Under the pieces are notes generated by a model. That model worked only from the letters and a program-made list of their open reading frames with translations. It searched no databases and was not told the DNA's origin. From assembly GCA_005778315.1 (NCBI GenBank), contig SXOW01000513.1, positions 1 to 29,810 on the forward strand: a stretch of DNA of 29,810 bases, in the 5' to 3' direction. The DNA comes from Acidobacteriota bacterium. GTDB taxonomy: Bacteria; Acidobacteriota; Vicinamibacteria; Vicinamibacterales; UBA8438. Positions 1-8,274 of the stretch are shown here, piece by piece. How positions within the stretch are numbered: position 1 is the stretch's first letter; every line of letters starts with the position of its first letter. Both the position numbers and the translations under genes were made by a program.

Positions 1-262
1 CGCCAACCAAATACATGCGCCGACGGCCATACAGGTCGGACATGCGACCCCAGATCGGCACTGACGCCGTGGACGTGAGCAGATACGCCGAAAACACCCA
101 GCTGTAGTGCGCCAGGCCGCCGAGCGTAGCGATGACAGTCGGCATCGCGGTGCTCACAACGGTGGCCTCGAGCGCGGCCAGGGCCATGCCGAGGAGCAAA
201 CCGACCGTGATCGCCCTGCGGCGGGGGAGGCTGACCTCTAGGTGGGGAGTCGCCGTCGACAT
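1..262 (-). CDS. MFS transporter, DHA2 (EmrB/QacA-like) family, N-terminal part; runs off the window edge
   Basis: Not in the ORF track; translated by hand from ATG at 262: [87 protein letters not shown]. This has the DHA2 TM1 pattern (LxALExTVVxTAMP), WVFSAYLL and MFS motif A ([10 protein letters not shown]). Confidence 0.9.
   Translation of the reverse strand, partial: MSTATPHLEVSLPRRRAITVGLLLGMALAALEATVVSTAMPTVIATLGGLAHYSWVFSAYLLTSTASVPIWGRMSDLYGRRRMYLVG
223..262. repeat. Copy A of a degenerate ~40-bp direct repeat; 5' end of the MFS gene
   Basis: Matches 2081..2119 at 32 of 40 aligned positions by hand, with a 12-bp exact core tggggagtcgcc. Confidence 0.75.
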
Positions 263-268
263 TACGGT

Positions 269-2050
269 TTAGCGCTCGGGTAACGCGAACACGAACAGAT
301 TGTTCGCGCTGCCAGGCTGCAGCTCCGGCGTCAGCCGCAGATTGTCGCGCGAGCTCAGGGATGACCCAGTGCTGGCTACGACGTACTGGGTGCCGTCCAC
401 GGCGTAGGTGATCGGGAACCCGGTCACGGACGACCCGAGGTTGATCTCCCACAACACGTCGCCGTTGTCCTGGTCGAACGCGCGGAACCGCCCGTTGCCG
501 TCGCCGCCAAAAATCAGCCCCCCGCCTGTCGCCACGAGCGAAGTCGTTCCGGCCCGCTGCTCGTAGACCCAGTCAATCTCGCCGGTCTCGGCCGAAATGG
601 CCTGGACGGTCCCGACCTGGTCGGTGCCGGGGGCAATCTGGTCCCGCTTGGCCAGCGCGTAGAGCGTGACGCCGCCCTCGGTGGTGGCCAGCATCTGTGC
701 ACAGGCGTTGCGCAACGGGTAATACATCATCTTGGTGAGGGGGCTGTAAGCGCCGGCCTCCCAATCCTTGCCCCCGGTCACAAACGTGGGACAGACCAAC
801 ACCTCGTCGCCCTCGCGCTCGAAGACCAGCTCACTGTTCAACGAGACCGCCCCGGTCGCCCCATCGATATCCGTGATCACATTCTGAGCGACGGTCGGCG
901 TGGCCCAGAGGAACTCACCGGTGGCGCGGTCGAGCGTGTAGACGATGCCGGTCTTCCCCGGAATACCGGTGATCACCTTCCGCACCTCGCCGGAGCGCAG
1001 CCGCGGGTTGATCCACGGCACCGTGGCCGGGTCTGGCGCCACCACCGTGTCGAGCAGCAGCCGCTCGAACGGGTGATCGAGATCCCAGTGGTCGTTCATG
1101 TGCTGGTAGTGCCAGACGATTTCGCCCGTGTCGGCATCCAGCGCCAGGGTGGAGTTGTGGTACAGGTGCGTCTTGTCCGTGCCCCCGAGTAGAAACTTCG
1201 GGGCGGGCGAGGTGACCGAGGTCCCGATGTAGACCAGGTTCAGCTCGGGGTCGAAGCTCGGCACCATCCAGGCCCCGACGTGCCGGCGTTCCTCGAACGG
1301 CACGTTGCCCCACGTCTCGTCGCCCGGCTCACCCGGCCCCGGAATCAGGCGGCGACGCCAGAGTTCCTGCCCATCTGTTGCGTCGTGCGCCACGACCACG
1401 CAGGCATGTGGCCCGCCCTTCGGGGCGCAGCTTCGCCCGGAAATGACCTTCCCGTTCGCCACGATCGGGCCCGACGTCTGATTGGCCGGGTTCACCTTGT
1501 AGTCGAGGATCTGGGTCTCCCAGACCAGCTCGCCGGTCTGGGCATCGAGGGCAAACACGAAGTCGTCCGCGCTGGTATCGATGATGAGGTTGCCATAGAT
1601 CGCCAGGTTGCGGTTGGTGTCGATCAGACTTGCGATCATGTAGTCAGCGAGGTCGTCTGGACGGTCACGGCGATACTCCCAGAGGAGATCCCCGGTGACG
1701 GCGTCGATCGCCTGGATGACATCACGCGGGTTCGGCATGTACATCACGCCGTTGTAGACGAGCGGGGTGCCCTGCTGCAAGCTGCCAGCGCCGAGCGCGC
1801 GCGTCCAGACCATCCGGATGCCCCCGACGTTGCCGCGGTCGATCTGGTCGAGCGGGCTGTATCCCCAGCTGTCGAACGTCCGACGCCACATGAGCCAGTC
1901 GTCAGGATCCGGGTTCTGCAGCACGGTATCCGTGACCGGCACGAACGCCGACGCCGGCTGCGCCCGTGCGGTCCCGAGCCCGAATGACACGGTGGCAATC
2001 GCGCACGCCAGCGTCACTACCCAACATGTTCCGCGGCTGGATGAAGGCAT
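269..2050 (-). CDS. Exported PQQ-dependent dehydrogenase (methanol/ethanol/glucose dehydrogenase-like beta-propeller)
   Basis: DWLMWRRTFDSWGYSPLDQI, QGTPLVYNGVMY, repeated ALDAxTGExxW tryptophan-docking motifs, HWDLD, CP..GGKDW..AYSP, terminal LFVFALP. Start placed at ATG 2050 because of SD AGGAGAG and a Sec-type signal ending ARA-Q; the ORF track extends to GTG 2119. Confidence 0.88.
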   Translation of the reverse strand: MPSSSRGTCWVVTLACAIATVSFGLGTARAQPASAFVPVTDTVLQNPDPDDWLMWRRTFDSWGYSPLDQIDRGNVGGIRMVWTRALGAGSLQQGTPLVYNGVMYMPNPRDVIQAIDAVTGDLLWEYRRDRPDDLADYMIASLIDTNRNLAIYGNLIIDTSADDFVFALDAQTGELVWETQILDYKVNPANQTSGPIVANGKVISGRSCAPKGGPHACVVVAHDATDGQELWRRRLIPGPGEPGDETWGNVPFEERRHVGAWMVPSFDPELNLVYIGTSVTSPAPKFLLGGTDKTHLYHNSTLALDADTGEIVWHYQHMNDHWDLDHPFERLLLDTVVAPDPATVPWINPRLRSGEVRKVITGIPGKTGIVYTLDRATGEFLWATPTVAQNVITDIDGATGAVSLNSELVFEREGDEVLVCPTFVTGGKDWEAGAYSPLTKMMYYPLRNACAQMLATTEGGVTLYALAKRDQIAPGTDQVGTVQAISAETGEIDWVYEQRAGTTSLVATGGGLIFGGDGNGRFRAFDQDNGDVLWEINLGSSVTGFPITYAVDGTQYVVASTGSSLSSRDNLRLTPELQPGSANNLFVFALPER

Positions 2051-2080
2051 CTGCTCTCCTGGTTGAGGTTGCTGCGTCGT

Positions 2081-2119
2081 GGGGGAAGCTGCCTGGAGAT
2101 GGGGAGTCGCCATCGTCAC
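2081..2119. repeat. Copy B of the degenerate direct repeat, upstream of the PQQ dehydrogenase start
   Basis: gggggaagctgcctggagatggggagtcgccatcgtcac versus gggggaggctgacctctaggtggggagtcgccgtcgacat at 223..262. Confidence 0.75.
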
Positions 2120-2192
2120 CCCATGAGCCTACCAGACGTGGGGGCAATCGCGACTATCATCACTGAATCGCTGTCTTCAACGGGGACTGACC

Positions 2193-3184
2193 ATGACGCC
2201 GAACCTGACCAGAATGCGAGCGGTCGTGCTCGACGCGCCGGGCCCAGCCGACGCGCTGCAGATCCGGGAGATCGCGATCCCGACACCGCGACTGGGCGAA
2301 GTGTTGATCGGGGTGAAGGCGTTCGGACTCAACCGCTCCGAGCTACACACGCGCCTCGGGCTCGCCGAGGGCGTCACGTTTCCTCGCGTCCTCGGCATCG
2401 AGGCCACCGGCACGGTGGCCTCCTGCCCGGGCGGCGAGTTTGACGTCGGGCAACAAGTGGCGGCGTTGATGGGCGGGATGGGTCGCGTGTTCGATGGGGG
2501 GGTACGCGGAGTACACCTGCGTCCCGGCCCGGCAGGTGGTGCCGTTCACGAGCAGCCTCGACTGGGCCACCCTTGGCGCGGTTCCCGAAATGCTCCAGAC
2601 CTCACACGGCTCCCTCACGATCGGCCTCGACGCACAGCCGGGGCAGTCGATCCTGATCCGTGGTGGTACGTCGTCGATCGGGATGGCCACTACGGTGCTG
2701 GCCAAGCGACGCGGGATGACCGTGCTGTCCACCACCCGCAACCTTGACCGCGCCGACATCCTTCGGGGGATCGGTGTCGACCATGTCCTGGTCGACACCG
2801 GCAGCGTCGCGGCCCAAGTCCGCGCAATCGTCCCTGCCGGGGTCGACACCGCGCTTGAACTCGTCGGAACGCCGACCTTGCGAGATACGCTGCGAGCGAC
2901 CCGCGTCCACGGGGTGGTCTGCTTTACCGGGATGTTGTCGAACCAATGGACCGTTCGCGACTTCTACCCCATCGAGTATCTCCCACGCGGCGTCCGGCTC
3001 ACCGCCTACGGCGGAGACGCCACAGACCTCCCGACCGAGGTATTGCAGGACTTCCTTGACGCGGTCGCGGCCGGTGAGACCACCGTGCCGATCCACCGCA
3101 CCTACCGCCTCGACGACATTTGCCAAAGCCCACGCGGACATGGAAGCCGGGCGAGCCACCGGCAAACTCGTCGTGCTGCCGTAA
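2193..3184 (+). pseudogene. NADPH:quinone oxidoreductase / zinc-independent MDR family protein with two +1 frameshifts (pseudogene or sequencing errors)
   Basis: Three ORF pieces join into one ~329-aa MDR protein: MRAVVLDAPG..VKAFGLNRSE..FD / GGYAEY..IRGGTSSIGM..LDDI / AHADMEAGRATGKLVVLP*. There is one extra G in the G7 run at 2496-2502 and one extra base in the TTT or AAA run at 3119-3128. The span is 992 nt = 330 codons + 2. Confidence 0.85.
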
Positions 3185-3250
3185 CGCTCGCTCGCACGCG
3201 GTCTCCAATCTGGTTCGTCCCCTCCGAGCACTGATCACGGTTTCACGGCC

Positions 3251-4564
3251 CTAGCCGCGCGCCGCGGCGACTGCTGCCAACTCTGCGGTCGAGAACGCCG
3301 CTTGAAAGTTCAGCCCCCCGATCGGCCCTTGCAGATCAACCACCTCGCCGAAGACATACAGGTCCTGAAAACGCTTGACGCGCATGGTGCCCGGATCCAG
3401 CTCCCGGAGCGCGAGCCCACCGGCCGTGACCTCCGCCTCGTCGAAGCCCGCCGTGCCGGAGATCGGCACCGGCAGTGCCTTCAGCTGCTCCACCAACAGA
3501 TGGCGTTTCGCTCGTGGCAACACGTGACAGCGAATCTGCGCGTCGAGTCCGGCCTGCCGGCACACGGTTTCGACCAGTCGGCGTGGCAGCTCGCCAGCGA
3601 GCAGTCTGACCACCGTCGGCGCTCCCCTACGCGCGGCGGCGACCCGGAGTTGGTCGGCCAGCGCTTCGCGAGTGACACCAGGCAGCAGGTCGACCTCCAT
3701 CGTGAAGCCCGGCGTGCCCGACCCTCGGGCGTCGTGACCCTCCATCGCGCGCGCGACGACATGCGACAGATCCATCGCACCCGGTCCCGAGAGACCGCGG
3801 TGTGTGAACAGCACCGGTCGCTCGCGCGTGCCGAGAATCGTGCCCTCGGTGTCCCGTAGACGTACGACCGCATCCTGCACCGAGAGCCCGGTGAGTTCGT
3901 GAACCCAGGGCGCTGGGCTCACGAGAGGCACCAGCGCCGGTGCCCCAGGTATGACCTCGAGACCGAGCGCCGCCAACCATGCGTACCCATCGCCGGTCGT
4001 GCCCGATCCGGGATAGCTCTTGCCGCCTGGGGACAGGAGCAGTCGTCTCGCACCGATGGACCGGCCGTCCGCAAGGTGCACGAGCCAGCCGTTGCCGTCG
4101 AGTTCGACGCCGGTGACTGGACACTCGCGACGCATCTCGACCCCGGCCGCCTCACAGGCCCGCACCAGCGCGTCACGCACGTCCCTCGCCGAGCCGCTCG
4201 CGGGAAAGACCTTGTCGAGTGGCGCCTCCACCGACGGCACACCCCAGGCGAGGAACTGCTCGCGCACGGCACTCGGCGGCAAGACCCGAAAGGCGGTTTT
4301 GAGGAAGCGCCCACCTTCAGTCCCGAAGAGCTGGGCCGCGGATTGCGGCCCGAGGGTCGTCGTCAGATTGCAGCGCGTGCCGCCGCTGGCGAGGATCTTG
4401 GTGCCCGCGCGCGGGGTCTTCTCCAGCAGCAAGACATCGGGCCGCTCGCCGCGCGCCTGCAGCAACACACCCGCCCGTTGCGCGGCCCAGAGCCCGGCCG
4501 CTCCAGCCCCGACCACGACGATGGCCCGTCTCGAGCACTCGTCGCCTGCGCCTGCCACTAACAT
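3251..4564 (-). CDS. HI0933/YhiN (BaiN-like) family NAD(P)/FAD-dependent oxidoreductase
   Basis: VVVGAGAAG Rossmann motif, KILASGGTRCNLT, GGKSYPGSGTTGDGY, LFTHRGLSGP, AEVTAGGL, GEVVDLQGPIGGLNFQAAFS. Start uncertain; ATG 4564 chosen, ORF track extends to 4660. Confidence 0.9.
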   Translation of the reverse strand: MLVAGAGDECSRRAIVVVGAGAAGLWAAQRAGVLLQARGERPDVLLLEKTPRAGTKILASGGTRCNLTTTLGPQSAAQLFGTEGGRFLKTAFRVLPPSAVREQFLAWGVPSVEAPLDKVFPASGSARDVRDALVRACEAAGVEMRRECPVTGVELDGNGWLVHLADGRSIGARRLLLSPGGKSYPGSGTTGDGYAWLAALGLEVIPGAPALVPLVSPAPWVHELTGLSVQDAVVRLRDTEGTILGTRERPVLFTHRGLSGPGAMDLSHVVARAMEGHDARGSGTPGFTMEVDLLPGVTREALADQLRVAAARRGAPTVVRLLAGELPRRLVETVCRQAGLDAQIRCHVLPRAKRHLLVEQLKALPVPISGTAGFDEAEVTAGGLALRELDPGTMRVKRFQDLYVFGEVVDLQGPIGGLNFQAAFSTAELAAVAAARG

Positions 4565-4627
4565 CGCTCCAGACGCCGCAGGCCGAGTCCGCGCAGCGGC
4601 TCTTCCCCGCTCTCGATCTGGTCGACG

Positions 4628-4666
4628 GGAGATGCGTGCACGGTGGAAATGGTAGTGCACGTCTCT
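4628..4666. promoter_or_regulatory. Imperfect inverted repeat (cgtgcac-N13-gtgcacg) enclosing a minus-strand -10-like TACCAT
   Basis: cgtgcac at 4635-4641, gtgcacg at 4655-4661, flanked by gaga/tctc; lies in a divergent intergenic region. Confidence 0.4.
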
Positions 4667-4717
4667 GATTCGTTATCGATCAGGTCACCCGGGCCGACGC
4701 GTCCGACCGGTTCCTCC

Positions 4718-4726
4718 TGGTAGACT
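4718..4726 (+). promoter_or_regulatory. Putative extended -10 promoter (TG-G-TAGACT)
   Basis: TGNTANNNT ends 9 nt before ATG 4736; no SD visible. Confidence 0.4.
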
Positions 4727-4735
4727 GGACGCCTG

Positions 4736-6052
4736 ATGACCCTGGTGACGCAGACGAGATTCTTGCGAATCGTGGCGCGGACCGGCCTGTTGCTGACCGC
4801 GCTCGTCAATGCGTCGGCAGCCCAGACATCGTCCGCGGTGCGCATGGTGCCACCACCCAACGACGGCGAGCGCTTCTGGCCGCGTTGGCGCGGTCCGTCC
4901 GGACAAGGCGTGGTCGAGGGGAGCGGCTATGTCGATACCTGGTCGGAGACGACCAACGTGCGTTGGCGGACGCCGGTCCCTGGCGTCGGGCACTCATCCC
5001 CGATCGTCTGGGGGGATCAGATTTTCCTGACCACGTCCCGCGACGGCGGACGACGCCTCTCGGTGCTCAGCTTCCGCCGCTCCGACGGCGCACTGCTGTG
5101 GGAGACCGACGCGCCAGACGGCCGCGTCGAGCAGCATCACGAGAAGAACACACCGGCCTCCGCCACGCCGACCACCGATGGTGAGCGGGTCTATGCGTCG
5201 TTCGGGAGCCGGGGACTGTTGGCGGTCGATTTCGACGGCAACGTGGTCTGGCACCGCGATCTGGGGAAGATCGAGAACTACCATGGCCCGGCCGGATCTC
5301 CCCTGCTGTACGGCGACACGGTCATCATCTATCAGGACCAGGGGGCCTCGTTCGGAGGCCGGAACGCCTCGGGGGCCTTTGTTATTGCGCTCGACGCGGC
5401 CAGCGGTGAGACCCGCTGGCGTACCGAGCGGTCGGCCAGCGTCGGCTGGGGGTCTCCCATCGCGATCTCGCTTGGCGACCATGACGAGTTGATTGTCAGC
5501 AGCAGCCGGGACGTGCGGTCCTACGCCCCCACGACGGGTGAGGAATTGTGGCAGTGCGAGGGCAACCTGTTCGAGGTGATTCCGACCCCGGTCGTCGGCC
5601 TCGGCCTGGTCTTCTGCACGTCCGGCCGCGCCGGCCCGACCCTGGCCATCCGCCCGGGCGGCAGGGGCGATGTGACCGAGAGCCATGTCGCCTGGAAAAC
5701 GACCCGAGGCTCACCGTTCGTCCCGTCCCCGCTGCTCTACGGCGACTACCTCTATACGCTCAACGACATGTCGAGCATTGTGACCTGCCTGCATGCCCGC
5801 ACCGGCGAGACGGTCTGGCAGGAGCGGCTGGGCCGGCCGCAGCGGGAGGCGATCTCGGCTTCACCGGTCGTGGTGGACGACAAGCTCTTCATCACCAACG
5901 ACGACGGAGTGACCTACGTCCTCAGGACCGGTCCGACGTTCGAACTGTTGCACACCAACGACATCGGCGCCCGCACGCTCGCCTCTCCGGCGCTAGTGGA
6001 TGGTGTGTGGTACATCCGCACCGTCGACGGGCTCATCGCCATCGGCGCCTGA
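4736..6052 (+). CDS. Secreted PQQ-binding-like beta-propeller repeat protein (BamB-like fold, Planctomycete/Acidobacteria type)
   Basis: Signal peptide, WPRWRGPSGQG, GHSSPIVWGDQIF, ASATPTTDGERVY, SPLLYGD repeats, terminal ASPALVDG..YIRT..LIAIG. Confidence 0.85.
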   Translation: MTLVTQTRFLRIVARTGLLLTALVNASAAQTSSAVRMVPPPNDGERFWPRWRGPSGQGVVEGSGYVDTWSETTNVRWRTPVPGVGHSSPIVWGDQIFLTTSRDGGRRLSVLSFRRSDGALLWETDAPDGRVEQHHEKNTPASATPTTDGERVYASFGSRGLLAVDFDGNVVWHRDLGKIENYHGPAGSPLLYGDTVIIYQDQGASFGGRNASGAFVIALDAASGETRWRTERSASVGWGSPIAISLGDHDELIVSSSRDVRSYAPTTGEELWQCEGNLFEVIPTPVVGLGLVFCTSGRAGPTLAIRPGGRGDVTESHVAWKTTRGSPFVPSPLLYGDYLYTLNDMSSIVTCLHARTGETVWQERLGRPQREAISASPVVVDDKLFITNDDGVTYVLRTGPTFELLHTNDIGARTLASPALVDGVWYIRTVDGLIAIGA

Positions 6053-6173
6053 GCCCTCTGCCGTGCCAGCGGACTCATTCCTGTAGACCGACCAGACGTA
6101 CCCACCGAGACCGCCCGCCGCGGAAATCGTGCACTTAGCGGTGCGGGAGCACCCCGTCGGCTGACGTGGCGGC

Positions 6174-6179
6174 TATACT
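6174..6179 (+). promoter_or_regulatory. Putative -10 box (TATACT), probable leaderless transcript
   Basis: TATACT ends 6 nt before ATG 6186; no SD. Confidence 0.5.
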
Positions 6180-6185
6180 CAGGCC

Positions 6186-7211
6186 ATGACAGACTCCTCC
6201 AACGCAACGTTCGTCGGTTTGGTGCGGGCGGTCAGCCTCATGGTTGTCCTGGTCCAGGTCGTGGTCCTTCCGCCCGCCGCCGCCGGTCAATCACCCACAA
6301 CCCCCTGGGGCGACCCAGATCTCCAAGGCGTCTGGGACTACTGGACGTTCACGCCGCTTGAACGGGCCGAGGAATTCGCCGGCCGAGCCACGCTGACCGC
6401 AGAAGAAGCGGCGCTCATCGGTGAGCGAGGCAGGGCCGCAGCGCTGGCGACCGACCGGGATGGGCCCAACGCCGGTGATCCCGGGGCCTACGGGCAGGAA
6501 GTCTGGACCGAGCGCTCGCGCGCCACGGCGCTCAGACAGCCGTCGCTTATCATCGACCCGCCGGATGGCAAGATCCCGGCGCTGACGCCGGGCGAAACGA
6601 GCCGGGTGGCCGCACACAGTTCATCGGGTGGACATCCCGTCCGCACCCGCGCAGGCGGTGTGAGCGCCGACGGCCCGGAGAGCCGCGGTCTGGCTGAGCG
6701 GTGCATCGTGGGGTTCAGCACTGGTCCGCCGATGCTGCCCGCGGGCTACAACAACAACGTCCAGATCCTGCAGGCGCCTGGCTACGTCGCGCTCGTGGTG
6801 GAGATGATCCACGACGTGCGGATCGTTCCACTGGGCGATGCCGAGGTGGTGGAACCCGACGTCCGGCAGTGGCTCGGCGTCTCACGGGGGCGATGGGAGG
6901 GCGACACGCTCGTGGTCGAGACCACGAACTTCAGCGACAGGATCGGCAGTTTCAGCACGACGGGGCAGGCGTGGGGCACTGGGACGGACCTGCGTCTGAC
7001 GGAGCGGTTTACCCGGGTCGACACGGACACGCTGGCCTACGAATTCACCGTCGAGAATCCGTCGGTCTTCAGCCGCCCCTTCTCGGCCAGCATCCCGATG
7101 GCCCGGAGCAACCTGCCGGTGTATGAATACGCGTGCCACGAAGGGAACTACGGCCTGTACAACATTCTCTTTGGCGCGCGAACCGAAGAACGCGGCGGCG
7201 CGTCCCGGTAG
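6186..7211 (+). CDS. Conserved secreted hypothetical protein (PDLQGVW..RC..GPPM..WEGDTLVVET..YEYACHEGNY family), paralogue 1
   Basis: 341-aa ORF with hydrophobic N-terminal signal; shares all motif blocks with 7276..8274. Confidence 0.85.
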   Translation: MTDSSNATFVGLVRAVSLMVVLVQVVVLPPAAAGQSPTTPWGDPDLQGVWDYWTFTPLERAEEFAGRATLTAEEAALIGERGRAAALATDRDGPNAGDPGAYGQEVWTERSRATALRQPSLIIDPPDGKIPALTPGETSRVAAHSSSGGHPVRTRAGGVSADGPESRGLAERCIVGFSTGPPMLPAGYNNNVQILQAPGYVALVVEMIHDVRIVPLGDAEVVEPDVRQWLGVSRGRWEGDTLVVETTNFSDRIGSFSTTGQAWGTGTDLRLTERFTRVDTDTLAYEFTVENPSVFSRPFSASIPMARSNLPVYEYACHEGNYGLYNILFGARTEERGGASR

Positions 7212-7347
7212 GCGGGACTGGCATCGGCGCCTCCCTCCTCGCTCGAAACCACCCTCCGTCAGGGTAGCGCCATGCCTACTTCCCTCCGCCCGATGTGGCG
7301 CCGGCCAGGATGTTGTACAGCCCGTAGTTCCCTTCGTGGCACGCGTA
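7128..7347. repeat. 38-bp inverted repeat (7128-7165 and 7310-7347, one mismatch) formed by the 3' ends of two convergent paralogues
   Basis: tacgcgtgccacgaagggaactacgg(c/g)ctgtacaacat occurs on both strands. Confidence 0.85.
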
Positions 7348-8274
7348 CTCGTACATCGGTTGGGGGTTACGCGTCATCGGCACCGAGAACGTCCAGGGAG
7401 CCGTCCACACTTGTGAGTCGGCGACGGTGACGTCGTAGCGGAGCGTGTCTGCATTGACGCGGGTGAACCGCTCCACCAGGGTCAGGTCGGGGCTCGTCAC
7501 CCCCTGCATGAAGTTGGTCTCCCGCAGGAAGTGTGTGGTCTCGACCACGAGCGTGTCGCCCTCCCACCGGCCGCGCGAGTCTCCGGTCCACTGCCGGATG
7601 GACGGGGCGAGGTGTGCGCTCCCGGTCAGCGGGATGACACGCACGTTGTGGTTCATCTCCGCCAGCAGCACGACCGCGTCGTCGGTCTGAAAGACCTGGA
7701 CATTGTTGTTGTAGGCACTGGGTGTCATCGGCGGACCGGAGTTGAACCCCAGGATGCACCGCACCTGCAACCCACCCGGCCCCAGATCCTCGACGAAGCC
7801 TCCAGGTGTTGGTTCGTGGCTGGACACGCCGCTCCTGGCGCGTTCTGCCGCGGCGGCGCGGGCACCCGCGGCTGGCGTGAGCGGCGGGATGCGGCCGTCC
7901 GCTGGATCGACGACCAGTGACGTGCGCTGCGTCGTGACCGCTGTCCCCTCGTCGAACCAGAAATCGTTGTAGGGAATGATGTCGCCCGAAGCCACCCTGG
8001 CCGCCCGGTCCGAGGTGCTCGAGTCCCGGCTTCGTCGTCGGATGGCATCAGCCGAAAATTCCGCCGCCTGCTCGTCGGTGAAGACCTCGTCTGCTGCGAG
8101 GTCTTGGGGGCGTTCCATCGGCGTCAGGCTCCGGAAGTCCCAGACCCCCTGCAGGTCTGGTGCTCCGGACGCCGTGCGCAGGACCTCGGCCGACTGGGCC
8201 TGGGCGGCGCTGGCAACACCGAGGGTCCACAGCGCGCCTACCATCAACGTCCACACCGTCACTCGCACAGGCAT
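7276..8274 (-). CDS. Conserved secreted hypothetical protein of the same family, paralogue 2
   Basis: 332-aa ORF with signal peptide (AQA-Q): PDLQGVWDF, RCILGFNSGPPMTPSAYNNNVQ, GDSRGRWEGDTLVVETT, MYEYACHEGNY. G-rich SD-like run precedes the ATG. Confidence 0.85.
   Translation of the reverse strand: MPVRVTVWTLMVGALWTLGVASAAQAQSAEVLRTASGAPDLQGVWDFRSLTPMERPQDLAADEVFTDEQAAEFSADAIRRRSRDSSTSDRAARVASGDIIPYNDFWFDEGTAVTTQRTSLVVDPADGRIPPLTPAAGARAAAAERARSGVSSHEPTPGGFVEDLGPGGLQVRCILGFNSGPPMTPSAYNNNVQVFQTDDAVVLLAEMNHNVRVIPLTGSAHLAPSIRQWTGDSRGRWEGDTLVVETTHFLRETNFMQGVTSPDLTLVERFTRVNADTLRYDVTVADSQVWTAPWTFSVPMTRNPQPMYEYACHEGNYGLYNILAGATSGGGK

Noticed and set aside
1073-1087. Calling the PQQ enzyme lanthanide-dependent from D-x-D
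   Set aside because: D-x-D also occurs in glucose dehydrogenase-type enzymes, and the other XoxF/ExaF hallmarks (vicinal Cys pair, metal-binding Glu) are not evident.
269-2119. Calling the repeat-flanked segment an active mobile element
   Set aside because: No integrase or transposase, no terminal inverted repeats, and the flanking repeats are degenerate; kept only as an insertion-scar hypothesis.
4736-6052. Calling this gene bamB or a Ser/Thr kinase
   Set aside because: Only the propeller fold is supported; there is no lipobox, no kinase motif and no bam/der context.
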